Shown here in pieces: positions 46,101 through 61,075 of a DNA stretch of 64,000 nucleotides. The notes under the pieces were generated by a model. That model worked only from the letters and a program-made list of their open reading frames with translations, was not told where the DNA came from and did no database searches. The stretch is taken from assembly GCF_009914755.1 (NCBI RefSeq), contig NC_060931.1; one strand, written 5' to 3'. The position numbers and the translations under genes were made by a program. The DNA comes from the human T2T-CHM13v2.0 reference genome, Homo sapiens. Each line of letters opens with the position of its first letter. The first letter of the stretch is position 1.

Positions 46101-46274
46101 GCCTTACAGAGAAGTGACTGCCTTCTCTGATGGTGACATTGGTGGGAGAGAAAGCCAAGCACGTGGGGCCCAGTACCCTTTGGGTCCCCTCCCCTTGCTC
46201 ACGTCTCCATGTGGTCAGCCTTCCTGGGGTCAGGGCCCAAGACCCAGGCCAGCTTCAGGAGGCCACTTTGGGGA

Positions 46275-46390
46275 CCTTTCTTCCTTTCCTCCTCTCCTCT
46301 TCTCTCCTCTCTCTCCTCTCTCTCCTCTCTCTCCTCTCTCTCCTCTCTCTCCTCTCCTTCCTCTCCTTCCTTTCCTTTCCTTTCCTCACC
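46275..46390. repeat. Polypyrimidine repeat with a 9-bp period (TCTCCTCTC)n
   Basis: Directly visible; produces the SPL/SLL/EER repeats in the ORF track. Confidence 0.9.
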
Positions 46391-47289
46391 CACCAATATG
46401 AGTCAACACTTCTGGGTTAGTGTATCTGCTCTACAGATTCAAACGTTCCCTCCTAAAATGTAAACCTGGAGAGAAAGTATTGGGGATCTTGACTGTGGCC
46501 ATGGGACAATGGAACAAGCCACAGTTGCCACTGTAGACTTGTCAGTAACAGAGCTGGTATATTTCTCCTCATCTGCCTCCTTTCTGTGGTTCTTTTCTCA
46601 TTAGAGTTTGAATTCAGAAGGGTGCGGAAGATGAGTCAATAATTCTTATTCCTCGAATAAACCCCCGAGAGGAAAGTAGAGCTAAAAGGGCTGCCAGGTA
46701 GAGACCCATTCCCAAGGCAGAGGGCTTGGGGGAGGGCCTGAAGGGAGAAGAGGACATTCCTGATGGGCTGAAGTCCATGCTGAGCTCCTTTGGGCCCTCT
46801 TCTGACCACCAGCTTCCTCTGTCCACTGGTTTAGTCCCTGACCTGTTGAGAAGCTACAGGGATTCTCATTGAAAGAGATTTAGTGCTCTGATCTTGATTC
46901 ATTTCCTTTCTTGACCTCTCTATCCTAATCCTTATAGAAAACTCGTGTCCCTTCAGAAGGAGTCACCCTTCTACCTGACACAAATAATGTGTGAAGTTGT
47001 GTACAGGTTGTGATAGGCTTCCCTAGTTCTATGAAGTAGTCAGATTTTACCAACTCAGCCTGAGTCTGAAGGGCCCTCAGAACCTCCTTGGGGCCACATT
47101 GGATAATGATAAGCCCTCTTCTTCCAATCTCACCAGCTAGTTGATGAATCATATTTAAACACCACTGTGTGTAGGGTCCTACTGGAGAAGAAGAGAGATT
47201 CTCTGCTTATATTAATTTCAGTGCAACTGGAGAGACAATCATACAGGTGTACATGAAATTGCTGTGATGAGAGGCAACTTAAAAAGTGG

Positions 47290-47470
47290 CTAAAGCATGG
47301 GTTTGAATCCTGGCTGTAGTATTTACTGTGTGGCCTCAGGCAAATTATTTAACCTCTCTGTGCCTCATTTTCCTCATCTAAACCTTACAACGTTGCTTCG
47401 AGGATTAAAAGAGTTAACATTTGTAAAGCTCTTGGAACAATGTCTATCATATTATAAACATTACATGCAA
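47290..47470 (+). mobile_element. MIR
   Basis: gggtttgaatcctggct...tgtggcctcaggcaaattatttaacctctctgtgcctcattttcctcatct. Confidence 0.8.
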
Positions 47471-49840
47471 ATGATTTATCCATATAAAGCTATGTATGCA
47501 TTCAGTGACCCAGTGGTGGGGTGACAGCATGCAAAATTCACTTGGGTTTAGGTTTTCATCTCAGAGAAAGGCTAGGGCCAAGCTGACAAATGTGCTGGGC
47601 ATATGGAAACATAGCCAAACCAGGTGGCAGGCTTGCCTGATCTTTTGGCTACCACCCCAAGCTTCTCCCTCTACTAATTAACATGGCATTGGCTTGAATC
47701 AGATAGGGCAGAAGCCGGAGAGATTTCATTCAGGACACAATTTATTCCAGACACTTAAACAGCTGGGGCCCAATCCTTCCATGCTTAGAATCAAGGCAGT
47801 TTAGAGCTGAGCCTCATATGCACATTGATGTCAAATAATGACATCTAATGGTCTCATCCACCACCCCTTCTGTGCATGTCAGGAGGTGAGAAGCAGTAGC
47901 CTCTCTCCAGATAGTTCATGTTTGACAAAATAAGTGGCAGCTAGTCCTAGAGCAAGTCAGAGAGAATGGCACCTTCTTACCCCAATATCTAGAGTCATAG
48001 GATCATTTAGATGAAAAAGAAGGACCATAGAGATCTGGTCCTACCCCTGTATTTTATGGTTAAAGGGATCATGATCCAGAGAGATGAAGTGATTTGCCCA
48101 CTTATGGGCAAGGATGGGACCAGATTCTTGGTAGTGTACACTTTCCACAAAACCACACCCTTGTATGTTGTAGCTCCCCTACCAGGAAGCTGGTACAGGC
48201 TGTCCTGATGTACCCCCTGGTCAAGAGAACCTTATGACTACCAAAACAGGAATTCAAATGCAATGATAGATCTGTGTGTCCTGGGCCTCATGCCAGCCCT
48301 GGGGGAGTGATGCGGCTTTCTTTGCAAAAGCCTTGCATGGTACCTAGAAGATGAATGGCCAGAGCAACCAGGAAGATGCAGTGTCAGAAAAGGTCTGCAG
48401 GAAGTTCTGTATTATTGTAAGTCTCGTTCCCAGCAAGAAACCCAGGGTAAGGTTTCCCTCTGCCCTACAGATTCTCCAAGTTTGCTCCACGGACCATTGT
48501 CATTCACCAGAAAGAGTTGGCTAGAAGAAGGTGAGAGAAGAAAAGCAGGGGCAGGAAGATGGCACGCTCTAAGTGGCTTCACTCTTGGAAGCACACTAAT
48601 CACAGCTTGAGGATGCTCCTTACTGCACAGCTGTAGATGCCACTCTCAGTTTCGTTAAGAAGCCAGTTGGATCCCACTAACTCTCAGCTCTGAACCAAGG
48701 CCCAGATGGATAAGAAGCTGCAAAGATTCACTTGGAAAGAATATGGATGGTGCACTCTTAATTTGTTTCCTTTCCAGAACTGTCCTTCCCATCCTATATA
48801 GAAAGCTCATAGCAGATCTTCACAACTTTTCATTTCACGGGGAGCATGAAATATCCAAGGCCAGGTGGGCCAAGTGGAGTGGGCTAGAGGTTACTTCCCC
48901 TGGAGGATTGTTTTTTTAATGAAAGCAGTGGAAGCAAGTGGAATGGATGGTTCTCAGATGTTTCTGCAGCCAAATAATTTGAGGCTTTACAGCAAAATCA
49001 AATGTTTGCACTGTCACATGCTTTGAGACCTTCAGCAAATTATTTAGCTTGGGATGACTATGTCAATTACATAATTTATTTGCTGTATATATCCTAATAT
49101 ACCCACATATAAAGAGGTGTATATATATAATTTCCATAGGCATATATATGTATGTATGTGTGTATACATGTGTAGATCTGTATAATCTCACAGCAACCCC
49201 AAGAGATACAGAAGATACAGAAACTGAGGCCGAACTTAATTCAGTCTATGCCTGAATTAATCACTGTGACTACAGAATGGCTTCCTCATAAGAAAGAATA
49301 GTGGTGATGTTTTAACCAAAGGAAGAAAGAAGGAGTGTATGCTATGTAGATTAAAACTAATAAAAATGCCACTCTCACAGTCATTTAATAAGAAAGTGTG
49401 GGGTAACCATCAATGGCAGCTCTATATTCCAGAGAAGCCAGGGTCAGAACCTCTGTAGCACTTACAAAAGGTCCCCAACTTGGATATTTACTGCAGGATT
49501 CTTTGTAATACTGAAAAACATGCAACTGTGCAAACATCCATCAGTGTGGAGGAATGGTAAACTTGGTACATGCATGCAGTGTAACATATTTTGTGGTTAA
49601 GATTTTGATGTATAGGCATGGAATGTTATCAAAAGCACATTAAGTGGTCAAAGCCAGATACAGAAGAGTAGGTATGATTTTATAGGTATAAAACTTACAA
49701 AAATGTATAAGAACAGAAAGAAAAATGGAAAGAGTACACACCACACTGTTGGCAGTGTTGGTTGAAAGTGATGGGAAAGTCAAGTAGGAAGAAGGACAGT
49801 ATCTATTTGAGTCATATATCCCTTTCTAGATGGATGGTGA

Positions 49841-50134
<294 letters not shown>

Positions 50135-50435
50135 TAAACTCTTAGATCTAGGAGATAAGTTCCATTACCAAGGAGGATCTGTCTCAGAAGTGTATCTTGA
50201 GATCCTTCCAAGTTCCATGCTTCTGGTTCTGACAAAGCCCACAGAATGAAGGGTCCTGAGTAAGCACTTCCTCTGTTCTCTGTTGAGAGCAGTTGCTCCC
50301 CAGAGTAGCATTTACAAACCTGGGGTGGGATTGAAGGAGAATGGAGTGGGTGATGGAGATGAAAACAGGAAACATTTTTTTTTTGTCCTTGAGAACAATT
50401 TTTCTTCAATCTCACTTAAAGCTTTCCATTTCTAA

Positions 50436-51081
<646 letters not shown>

Positions 51082-51871
51082 AATGTTCATATTTTTAGTT
51101 ATAAGCTGCACAGCCTAGAAATCCCATTTGTCCAAGTGACATGGATTGAATGCTCAGTGCTGTGTGGGATACCAAAGGAGACACCACCACGCCAGTTCTT
51201 GAGAAATTCACAGGCTGGCTGAGCACAAGCTCAAACAGAGGATAGGAGGTGCAATTAATTGGTAGCTTGCTGTTTCGGACCATAAAAATTTTAAAGATTC
51301 AGAAAAAGTGTGGATAATCTCGTGCTAGGCATACTTGGGGAAGATGTCTTGGGAGATTCAGGACTAGGATTAGAACATAATGGGTAATTTCAAAGACTGT
51401 GTAGACTGCATGGAGGATGAGAATTTCAGACTCCAGTCTAGGAGACAGGACAATGGCACTTTGACCTTAGTAAATTCCCATTGTAATGAAACCCTTTGAA
51501 CACGCTGCCAATGTCCCCTTCCATTTGCTCAGTCCTTGGGATGGCTTCAGAAGTTTGTAAAGGCTCTAGCTTCAGTGTAGAGTCTTCCAGGGCCACTGAT
51601 CTTGTGATCCAATCTAAACTTACACCCAAAAGAACAAATGGATTGAAGGGAGCTGAGTGGGAGTGAGCATAATTACCTGGGTGAGGGAGAATAGATGGAG
51701 AAAAAAAAAAAAAAAAGAACACAAGATGCCTAACAGGTATTATTTTCTGTGGCTATGTCAGATGCATGTTCTGGCTAGAGGATGGCCACAAGGTCTGGCC
51801 ACACAGATATTCTTATTTCATCCTGTGTTGCAAAGTAATATTAATAAGCCAATTATTGTATATTCACCTAT

Positions 51872-52262
51872 TGTATTACTTTGTCAGGGATGCTATGACA
51901 AAATACCACAGATCAGGTGGCTAAAACATTACAAATTAATTTTCTTACAGTTCCGGAATCCAGAAGTCCAATCTCAAGGTGCCAACAGGGTTGTTTCCTC
52001 TGAAGCCTCTCTCCTTTGACTTGCAGATGGCCTCCCTCTTCGGCCTCTGCACAAGGCCGTCCCTCTGCGTGTGCATGCACCTGGTGTCTCTTTGTATGTC
52101 CCAAGCTCCTCCTCTTATAAGGACACCTGTCAAATTTGATTAGGGCCCACCCTAATGGCCTCATTTTAATTATCTCTTTAAGAGCCCAATCTCCAAATGT
52201 AGTCACATATGAAATACTAGGGGTTAGGGTTTCAACGTGAATTTTTCAAGGGCAAAATTCCT
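51872..52262 (-). mobile_element. MaLR LTR, MLT1B-like
   Basis: tgtattactttgtcagggatgctatgacaaaataccacag...cttataaggacacc...gattagggcccaccctaatggcctcattttaa. Confidence 0.8.
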
Positions 52263-53889
52263 GTGTTTCCATGGCCATCCGTAGATGTGTAAAAACCAAG
52301 GGAGAAGACTCCAGGTTCTAGGATAGGAATCTGGATGTATTCTCTTTGGAAGTGAGGCCAGCCTCTATGGATGGACCAGTCCCTGTAGTCGCTTGAGTTG
52401 GGATGCTGTGTTGCTGTGGAAAGCTCACACCTGGGTGCAGAGCAGTCGTGTCGTGTATAGACACAGCCTCAGGAACACAAACCCTGCTTGCCCCAGAGGC
52501 TTGACTCCCGAGTTCCACTCCTGGCAGAGTCCTCCTGGAGTCTTTGCACAGCTTGCAGAATGATCAGTGATTTTTGCCCCAACTCAGAGCCCCATCCCAC
52601 TCAGCATGTTATCTTTCTGAACACATCCACCCTCCCCTGCCTCATCCCGACAAATCCCTAAGGCGCCTTTGATGTAAAACCCTGTGACCTGCCTGTTGAG
52701 TGCTGATGATGCAATCGTGTATAATTCAGCAGTAATTTATATTCCGTGCAGGTCTGAACAAAGCTGTAAAATGCTCTCGAGAGCTAAATGCGGCTGAAGC
52801 ATTTAATCTAAGCAAAGGCAGGGTTTTGTATCATCTACTTCCCAGGACGGATGTGCCACTGTTGAAGGAGGAGGCCCTCTCCTTCTGTTTGCTGATTTGG
52901 TTCTTGTTGGTTTTAAAGATTGGAGAGGGAATAGAGGGAGGTGTCTCATGGAGGACTTGGCTGCTTCTTCTCTGACCTCCCTGATACACAGCCACGTGGG
53001 TGTTTCTGCAGAGCCTGCCTTGCAGCGACCTGTAGGGCTCCAGTCAGAACATAGGCCCTCTCTCCACATAGCAACAAGAGAGGAAGCCAGGATTGGGGAT
53101 CCGCAGACACCGTTCCACATTCCTGGGAGCAGAAAATGTCACACAGATGGATATCTGGATCTAGAAACCTGTAGAAATTGTGCACCAGTGAAGTTGTGGG
53201 CATAACTTGGTCACATAAGGATTAGATATTTGGGCAAATGCCTGTGCACACAATGTGTAACTGCCCTGAATCTCTGTGAGAAGCCTCGTGAGGGCCTCAG
53301 TTTCCTAGGAGACGGCTTCTTGAATTAGTAAGAGCATTTCTGCTGCCTAGCCTGAGGCCTCAATTTTGATGCTGTTTCTCCACAGCGTCCATTGCTGTGT
53401 CATGACTGCCGTGGCTTCTCTGAGAATCCCTAAGCGGAGTGGAAACACATGTTCTAGCCTCCCCTTTCTGTGTAGGCTAATCCAGCAACAAGCACACAGG
53501 AAGCACTGCCTTGTCCACCTTATACACCTGCAATTAGCACTCAGAGTGAGCTGAGCAGGGAGTTGGCTCCGTAACTCTGCATATCAACTCAGAAATATTT
53601 TGGTCATTAACCTTTAAGGTGGTACTAGGAAAGAGCCAATATTGAGTTGGCTGACTAATTCTTTGTTCCCTGGTGACATTTCAGGGTGGCAAAAATTAGC
53701 TGCTCCCCAACAGTGCTATCCCTACCTGGCACTTCTAACATTAGCGACGCATTCCAGGGATCCAAGTTTCTGTTTCCTCTGGCTAACGTGGTGCTTTCTA
53801 ACTTTCAAGCAGGGATTCACTGATGTCGTCACTACAACACTACCTATTGGCCCCAGAGTAGAAAGCGGGACTGTGAGGAAACAGCAGAG

Positions 53890-54007
53890 AGGGTAGCCAA
53901 TTGGACTCTCTTAGCCCAGGACTTTCTAGTTTTAGGGCTGAAAGTCCCATGTTCCAGGCACCATCCTCCCTCAAATTGCAGGCAAACTGGAATGGTTAGT
54001 CATCCTA
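53890..54007. mobile_element. MER81-like hAT-Blackjack MITE
   Basis: agggtagccaa...gttttagggctgaaagtccc...ggcaaactggaatggttagtcatccta. Confidence 0.7.
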
Positions 54008-55384
54008 CTAGGGAAGCAAGACTTTGAAGGAATAAAATAAGTCAGGAACTTACGGAAATTTGGGCTTATGGAGGTAGCACTAAAAATTTGTGTGTGGCCA
54101 GGGAACACCTTGAATATACCGTGCCCCTGGGGATGGGGTGTAGAAAGAAAGAAATAATCACATGAACCAGTCGTGGGAGTTCAAGTCAGAGGAGGGGAGG
54201 ATGTTGCCAGCGAGGACGTGTGATGTGGGGAGAGAGGAGAGCTGGGAACTGCAGGGCTGGAAAGACCAGTGGAGGGTGGTAAGGACTGAGGGGGAAGCCT
54301 GGAGCCAGGGCAGCTTGGAAACCGAGGAAAGAGATAGCCAAGCAGGAGGAAGGTGTCAGGTAGCCAAAAAACTAAAATTAGCAAGAAAACTAGAAGCTAA
54401 TATTTGGCAACCAGAGAAATATTAATGAGGGATGGCAGCAATGTGAATGTGAAGGAGACGGAGGAGGCAGCTATGTTTGGTGCTGGGACAAGGAGTGGGC
54501 AATCTGGGCATGAAAGTGGCTTCCTCTCTTTCACACTCACAGTGTGAAGGGGTCCTGGGGGAGCAGCAGGTCCAGAGCACCGAGACTATCCTCCCCTCTT
54601 CCAGCCAGGTGTTGACAAGGGCTCAGAGATGGGAGTTGCGAGGTGATGTTGTGGATGTGATTCCTGAAAGAGCTTCAGGAGGGGACAGTCATCAAAGGAA
54701 GCATGTGTGTCTACATAGCCCATTCCCCACCTCGGCCATGCCTTCCCACTCACAGGTGTTTACAGACGGGGACACTGGAGCTCAGGGGTCTGCAGGGTGC
54801 TGCTGCTTATGTGTCAGCAGGTCTTAACAGCACAGCTCTCAGCCTGCAGCTACTTGGGGTGGTGCCATCCCTTCTTCTAAGTGGACTCCTGAACTCTGAG
54901 CCAATGCCAGTGAGAGTCCTGGCACAGAAAGGGTAATTAGTTTTCGTTTCTCATTCCAACCAGCTGCGACTGGCTGGCTCCAGCTAGCTGCCTGGAGGAC
55001 TGGGTTGAGTAGGAGTCTGAGGTCCCTTCCAGAACCAGCAGGAAGAGGGTTGAGATCAATTTGCTGTTTCTGCCAACAGCATGGCCTTGCCACCCACAGA
55101 GCAGCCACTGGACTTTGCCATCCAAAGGACAGTTCCTCCAATGACATACCTTAGCTCCCCTTGCAGATGGACAAAGCCGGTGATTTTCAAAAATATTTAT
55201 GTCACTGGAATTCTGTCTTCCAATGAAATTTCACATGGAAACAGATCAAATCAAAGCTATTCTGGCCAAATAGAAGAGAGGGTTGGGAGTCTCTTCTACT
55301 TCCTGCCCTCCTTCCCAGTGGCAGCTCCTGAGCTGCCGCCATGGATCAGGGTTTGAAAACCACTGGGGGAGATGCTACTTCCGA

Positions 55385-55830
55385 AGAAGGCCAGGGACAG
55401 TCTGAGAGAATGACATTTGAACTGAGATCTGAGCAGAGCTGGAAGAAGGCCCTTCTGGGCATGGGAACAGCCAGTGCAAACAAAGGCCCTGAGGTAGGGC
55501 AACCTTCACTGGCTTGAGACAGAATGCTCTCTAGTGTGGCCAGAGTGTAGGGATGGTGGGAGTCAGGGTGATAAACGAGGTTGGCTAGGTAGGCAGGATG
55601 CACTCAGGTAAGGCCAGACGCGCAGGATACAGGAATACAGGCATTTGGATTGTGTTCTGAGTGTGATAGAAGCTATTGGAGCGTTTTAAGCAGCAGAGAA
55701 TCATAATCTGATTAATTTTTTTAAATACCACTGGCTACTCTTTGAGGGCGAAAGTAGAAGGCAGGACTCCAGTGATCTGTTACAGCGGTCTGTGTGAGAA
55801 ATGATGGAAGCATGACTCAGAGGGTAGCAG
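55385..55830. mobile_element. L2 fragment
   Basis: tgacatttgaactgagatctga...gggaacagccagtgcaaacaaaggccctgagg...ttggattgtgttctgagtgtgatagaagctattggag. Confidence 0.75.
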
Positions 55831-57454
55831 CGAGCCTTTCAGAAGTTAGAGGCATAGTAAGTGTTGTCTGCGAGCATGCCGTCTTACCGCAGGCACAGAG
55901 CCCTAGGACAATGGGGCACTGAGATGAAAGGAGGGGACCTTTGGGGACCCCTTTCTGTTTACTGTCTGCAGAAACCCTGTCCCTCCTTCAAGACTCTACT
56001 CCTGTGGGAAACCCTCCCCGACCTAGCATTGTCATCTGTATCAGAGTATAACTCTTACCAGTTGCTACTGGATATTTATGACTCACGCTCTTCCTAGAGA
56101 CTTCTAGACTTGGGAGGGAACCTTACAGTCCTCTACTCCAGCTCCCTGATTTTACAGATCGGGGACCCACCATTCAGGGCTGATAACAAACTCAGGTCTC
56201 TTCACCCTCAGTCTGATACTATTTTCACTTCATCTTCAACTTTTCATTTATGCACGTCTCATATCTCTGCCTAGAGTATAAGCTTTTTTAAAAAGCTTTT
56301 TATTTTAGATTCATTAAAGATTAATTCTTATTTTAGATTGATTAAAGATTCTTAAGGGCAGGGATCATGTCTTATTCTTACTTTGATGTCCCTAGCATGT
56401 ATCATAAAGCTTGACCCAAAGATAGAAGTTCAACAAATATTTGCTGATTTGCTGTTCTGCATACTAGGGCGCCCACAGCCACAGGAATGTCTCCCTCCTT
56501 CCCCATCATCACAGTTACTATGCCACCAATGCCCCCTCCCCAAGACCTGGCATTGCTTACCACCAGCCACCACTCCTACTGTCATGACTGCCCTGGCCAG
56601 GGTTATGCCTGGCACTGCTTACAGCCAGTGTGTGGAGCACGCAGCAGAACCCAGCTCCCAAAGGAAGGGTTGGGGGCAGAGTTTTTTCATGTTGTTGTTA
56701 CACCACGACTACAGTTAGTATTGGAGTCTGAATGGGATTAGGCCCAAACCCCAATTCATAGTGGGCGTTACTAAGAAGATATGACTATGCATTACTATTT
56801 ATTCTAGTTCTTGGATCCTCACTTATGTATCAATAAATGCTTATGTGAAATACAATGAAGACTTAGCCCCAGAGGCCATGGTCTGCTCCTGCTGGGGAGA
56901 GCAGGACTTTTATCTTTCCCATAGAGGGGATGCATACGGACTCTTTTCTGAGTAGAAGCCCCCTCATCTGCATCAGTAGCTCTCCCCAGGCTTGTGCCAC
57001 TTGCACAAGGGACTGCTGAACTTTGGGTAATGGAGGAGGTTGCAGTTCCCGTGCTGTAATTAGACATCTTTTAATTAGACATCTTTTCCAGCAGAGCCAT
57101 TTAAAATATTTTCCTAGAGGACCTGCCCCCTAACCTCAGCCAGTCAATGGGGAGGAGTTTTGAATGCCACACTCCCCAGTTTGCCACCAAACCACAGGCA
57201 GAGAGTTGTGTTCATCACACTAGACAGAAATCTGTGTCAGTCAGGGTCCTTGCCCATATGTCTCCCCTTTGTCCCCCTCTGTACGGGATTCAATCAATGT
57301 TTGTCAAAGCATATCATTACGTAAACTGTCAGAATATGGTGCTGAGTAGGAATGGCACCGCGTTATTCATTCAGTCCCTTTATCGAGGATCTACCATGCA
57401 CCTACATTTATCTAAATCTAATTATTAGTACACATTTTCAAATTTGAACTTCTA

Positions 57455-57811
<357 letters not shown>

Positions 57812-59937
57812 TCATAACAGAAAACAGTAGCATATATGGAAATTAATCAAACCTCTTCCAACTCTTCCCTCTTTGACACATGGAATTTCCAAGCAAGTTG
57901 TATCACTGGTCTACTTTAAGGGCCATCTCAAGTGGGAGACATAAAGGTGTTTTCCCATCTATGGGAATATTGACAAGAGCTAACAGAAGGAATTTCAAAA
58001 GGTTCCACAGTCACAGAGCAACCAACAGGAAGTGAAGGCAGGAAGATTCCTCATCAACTCTATTAGTACAGCAGAACAGCAAGATGAATGTTATGAAGAA
58101 GTTGAGTCATTTTCTACTGGTACTTAGGTCCACCCGGACCTTATCCCTTCACTCCCCATTCATCAGCCACATCCTTTGTGTCTTGCCTGCCCTGCTGTGG
58201 AATATGCCATGAGAATCATGTATATCCAGCTTCATCAGCTACTGTCAGCTTGGGAAGACCACAGTTTCCTTGAGGTTGACGTCCTGTTTCAGAACAAATC
58301 ACTGGACTTCTCCAGCATAGCATGGCTTTTGATAAGAAGAAATTTCTCCATTTCTTTAAGTATCCTCTGTAGAAACAGTTTATATAAAGTCCTTGGGTGA
58401 CCTCAATCCCATCCACAGCTTCAATTTATGAGATGATGACTCAGACCACATTTCTGGCTCAGAACTTTCTATCAGGCTCCAGATCCATGTTTTCAAATGC
58501 CTTGAACATCCCAAGGGTGGCTTGAACTTGAACTCACCTCACTGCCCCCGCTTTCTGTCCTAAATCTAAATTTTAGTAAATTATAGCATTACATATCTAA
58601 TGATAGGTTCACAAACCAGCAATTGGAAGCATCCACAGTAGGTGAGGCACGAGCAGGCTGGCTTTGGTCTGCTGGAATCTGGTTTATTTGAAACTAATGC
58701 CAAGACACAGCTTCCTCTTACTCTCCCACCCCAGGCAATTGCTCTTGCCTTGGCTGTGTCCTACAGGCTGCCTCATTCTCCTCTCCTGCCCCTGCTTCCA
58801 CCCACCTGGAATCACTTCTCCAGGTCATACAAAGCACCTTTGCCCCACACAAGGATTCAAGCAGGCTGACCAACAGAAGTCATCTTGAGGAACTTGTAAA
58901 AACTATAGATTCCCATGCTCTTCCCCAAGACCCTCTGATTCAGGGAGTCTAGGTTGAGACCTAATCCACCCTGGGGACCATCAGAGAATTCAGTCTGAGC
59001 CCTAGTGCACAACATGAAAAAAACTATGATGTTCTGTAACTCCCACAAGTTTGGAGTACTGTTCTCACAAGCATTGATGGCACTACACACACACATCACA
59101 CACATGCACAAATGCATCCACACACATGCACAAATACAAATGCATACATGTGTGACACAAATGCATTTTAGTCATACTGTCACTGTGCCCAGGTCACCTT
59201 CCGTTGTTTCTACAAATAATCATTGAGTAAACAATCATCTACTAAGCCATTCGGAGCTCCCAGCTCTGCTCCCACCTTGCCAGACTTGCCCCTTCCCCCT
59301 GATGACCACGGCAACCTCCTAACTGGTCTCCCTACCTCTGGGCTGCCCTCTACACTTCTGACTTAGTGGTCTTTGGAAATGCAGATTGAAGTCACCGAAG
59401 TGCCTTGACCCTACATGAAGGTCAAACTTCTCAGCTCTGAAAACAGTGCTTGCCCAGTATCTGGGGCTTCATTTGGTCTGCCCTCCGACAGCCGCTCCTC
59501 AATGCGCCCTCACCACAGACATCTTCATATCTAAATCTTACACATGTCCATACCTAAATATTTGTCCCCAGGTGGGATTATTTTCTTAAAGTGAAATTAC
59601 TAGGACGAAGGTATGAGTATTTTAAAAATCACCTTTCTGCAAGGAAACACCAGCTTACACTCGCCCTGGAGTCTATGGGATTGTCTATTTTACTGCCCCC
59701 TTACTAGTTTTGGAGATGATCTTTCAAAAAAAAAAAAAAAAAGCAAAACAACAATAAAATAAAACAAAGTGTTGCTGATTTGATAGATTATCATTATGCT
59801 TTTAATTTTCAATTCTTTGGTTATTGGTAAAATTGACCATTTTTCACATGTACAATCCATTTGTATTTCTTCCTCTGGATCTGGGCTTTGGCCGATTAAG
59901 TTTTATCTTTCTCCAGTAAAAACTTGTTTCAAATCCT

Positions 59938-60075
59938 ATAGCTCCAAAGTGTGGTCATTGAGCCAGCAGCATCAGCATGCCCCAAGAACTTCTTCAGGAT
60001 GCAAATTCTCAGGCCCCCACCCCAGATCTCCTGAACCAGAAACTGTGGGTGTGGGGCTCAGTGATCTGCTTTGAG
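59938..60075. mobile_element. MER5A fragment
   Basis: caaagtgtggtc...ccagcagcatcagcat...atgcaaattctcaggcccccaccccagatctcctgaaccagaaactgtggg. Confidence 0.75.
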
Positions 60076-60194
60076 TCCTCCAAAACTACAAACTGCCCTA
60101 ACCCATGCCGAGTGAGAGAGAAGGCATCTGGAACCTAGGTGTGAAACAAGGGAAACCCATGAAGTGACCCACTTTGCCTGGCACCAGTTGTAAA

Positions 60195-61075
60195 CAGTAC
60201 AGTGGATGAGACTGCAGGCTCTGGAACTAGCCTGCCTGAGTTTGTAACCTGACTCTGTCAGTTACTAGCTGTGTGATCTTAGGCAAATGACTTAAGCTCT
60301 CTGGGCGTCAATGTCCTTATCAGTAAAATGGGGATAATATAACCCACATCTTAGAGTTGTTTTATGAATTAAGGTTTTAGTACATGCCACAAATTTAGTG
60401 AGGCAGTGTCACTGTCTGGGGTAATTATCCGACATTTGTCATCTCACGCCAGGGAACTCGAGGACACAGACACACAAGAAGTGGGTTTAGGACCGGAGGT
60501 TTAATAGACAAAAGAAAGAGAAAGGAGAATAGCTCTCTCTCTTGCAGAGAGAGAAGGGTGCCCAAGTGGGACTTCCAGTCTGTGGCGAAGTGCATAGGGT
60601 TTTATAGACCGGCTTGAGGTGGCGGCGTCTGATACATAGGGCTCAAAGATTGGTTGAACCGGGTGTGACATTTACATAGGGCACGAAGAAGCTGGCCACC
60701 CCATCCTAATCTTTTCATTATGCAAACGGATTTTCTACCTGGCGGGCACCATCTTGTTTCCTCCTTACTGTTCATGTGGTTGACAAAGAAAAGGGAAGAT
60801 GCAGCCACCATGTTGAACATGCCTAGCCCCCAGGCAGCCTCTTCCTATTGGCACAGCTGCCAGTATGCACCCATGCAAGCTTCCAGCTTGCTTATCTATG
60901 TCTGCAGCTCAATTTTACAGGCTGCTCATTTGCTCAAAGAAATGATTTGGGGGTTGCTTTTTATTAAAAGGAAAACCTTACCGAGGACTTCTTTACCCTC
61001 ACTCTCTGCCTAAATAATTCATTTTTAACCAGTATATCATTAGCACAGTTCCTAGCACATAGCACTTAATACTTA
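60195..61075 (+). mobile_element. MIR split by the MER51 LTR (MIR parts 60195-60398 and 61040-61075)
   Basis: MIR core before the LTR; MIR tail ttagcacagttcctagcacatag after it. Confidence 0.75.
60399..61039 (-). mobile_element. ERV1 solo LTR, MER51-like (641 bp)
   Basis: TG...CA termini, 4-bp TSD TTAG (60395-60398, 61040-61043); reverse complement begins tgatatactggttaaaaatgaattatttaggcagagagtgagggtaaagaagtcctcggtaagg, as in recalled MER51. Confidence 0.8.

Noticed and set aside
49236-49260. 9-bp inverted repeat TTAATTCAG...CTGAATTAA
   Set aside because: Expected by chance a few times in 64 kb of AT-rich DNA.
52700-52762. TGATGA...CTGA snoRNA-like pair
   Set aside because: Box C lacks the 5' purine, no terminal stem, and the span is short; better read as transcription factor motifs.
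56280-56350. AAGCTTTTT/AAAAAGCTT palindrome and a 28-bp-period duplication (similar small duplications at 18552-18599, 25126-25159, 57057-57087)
   Set aside because: Ordinary slippage products with no further structure.
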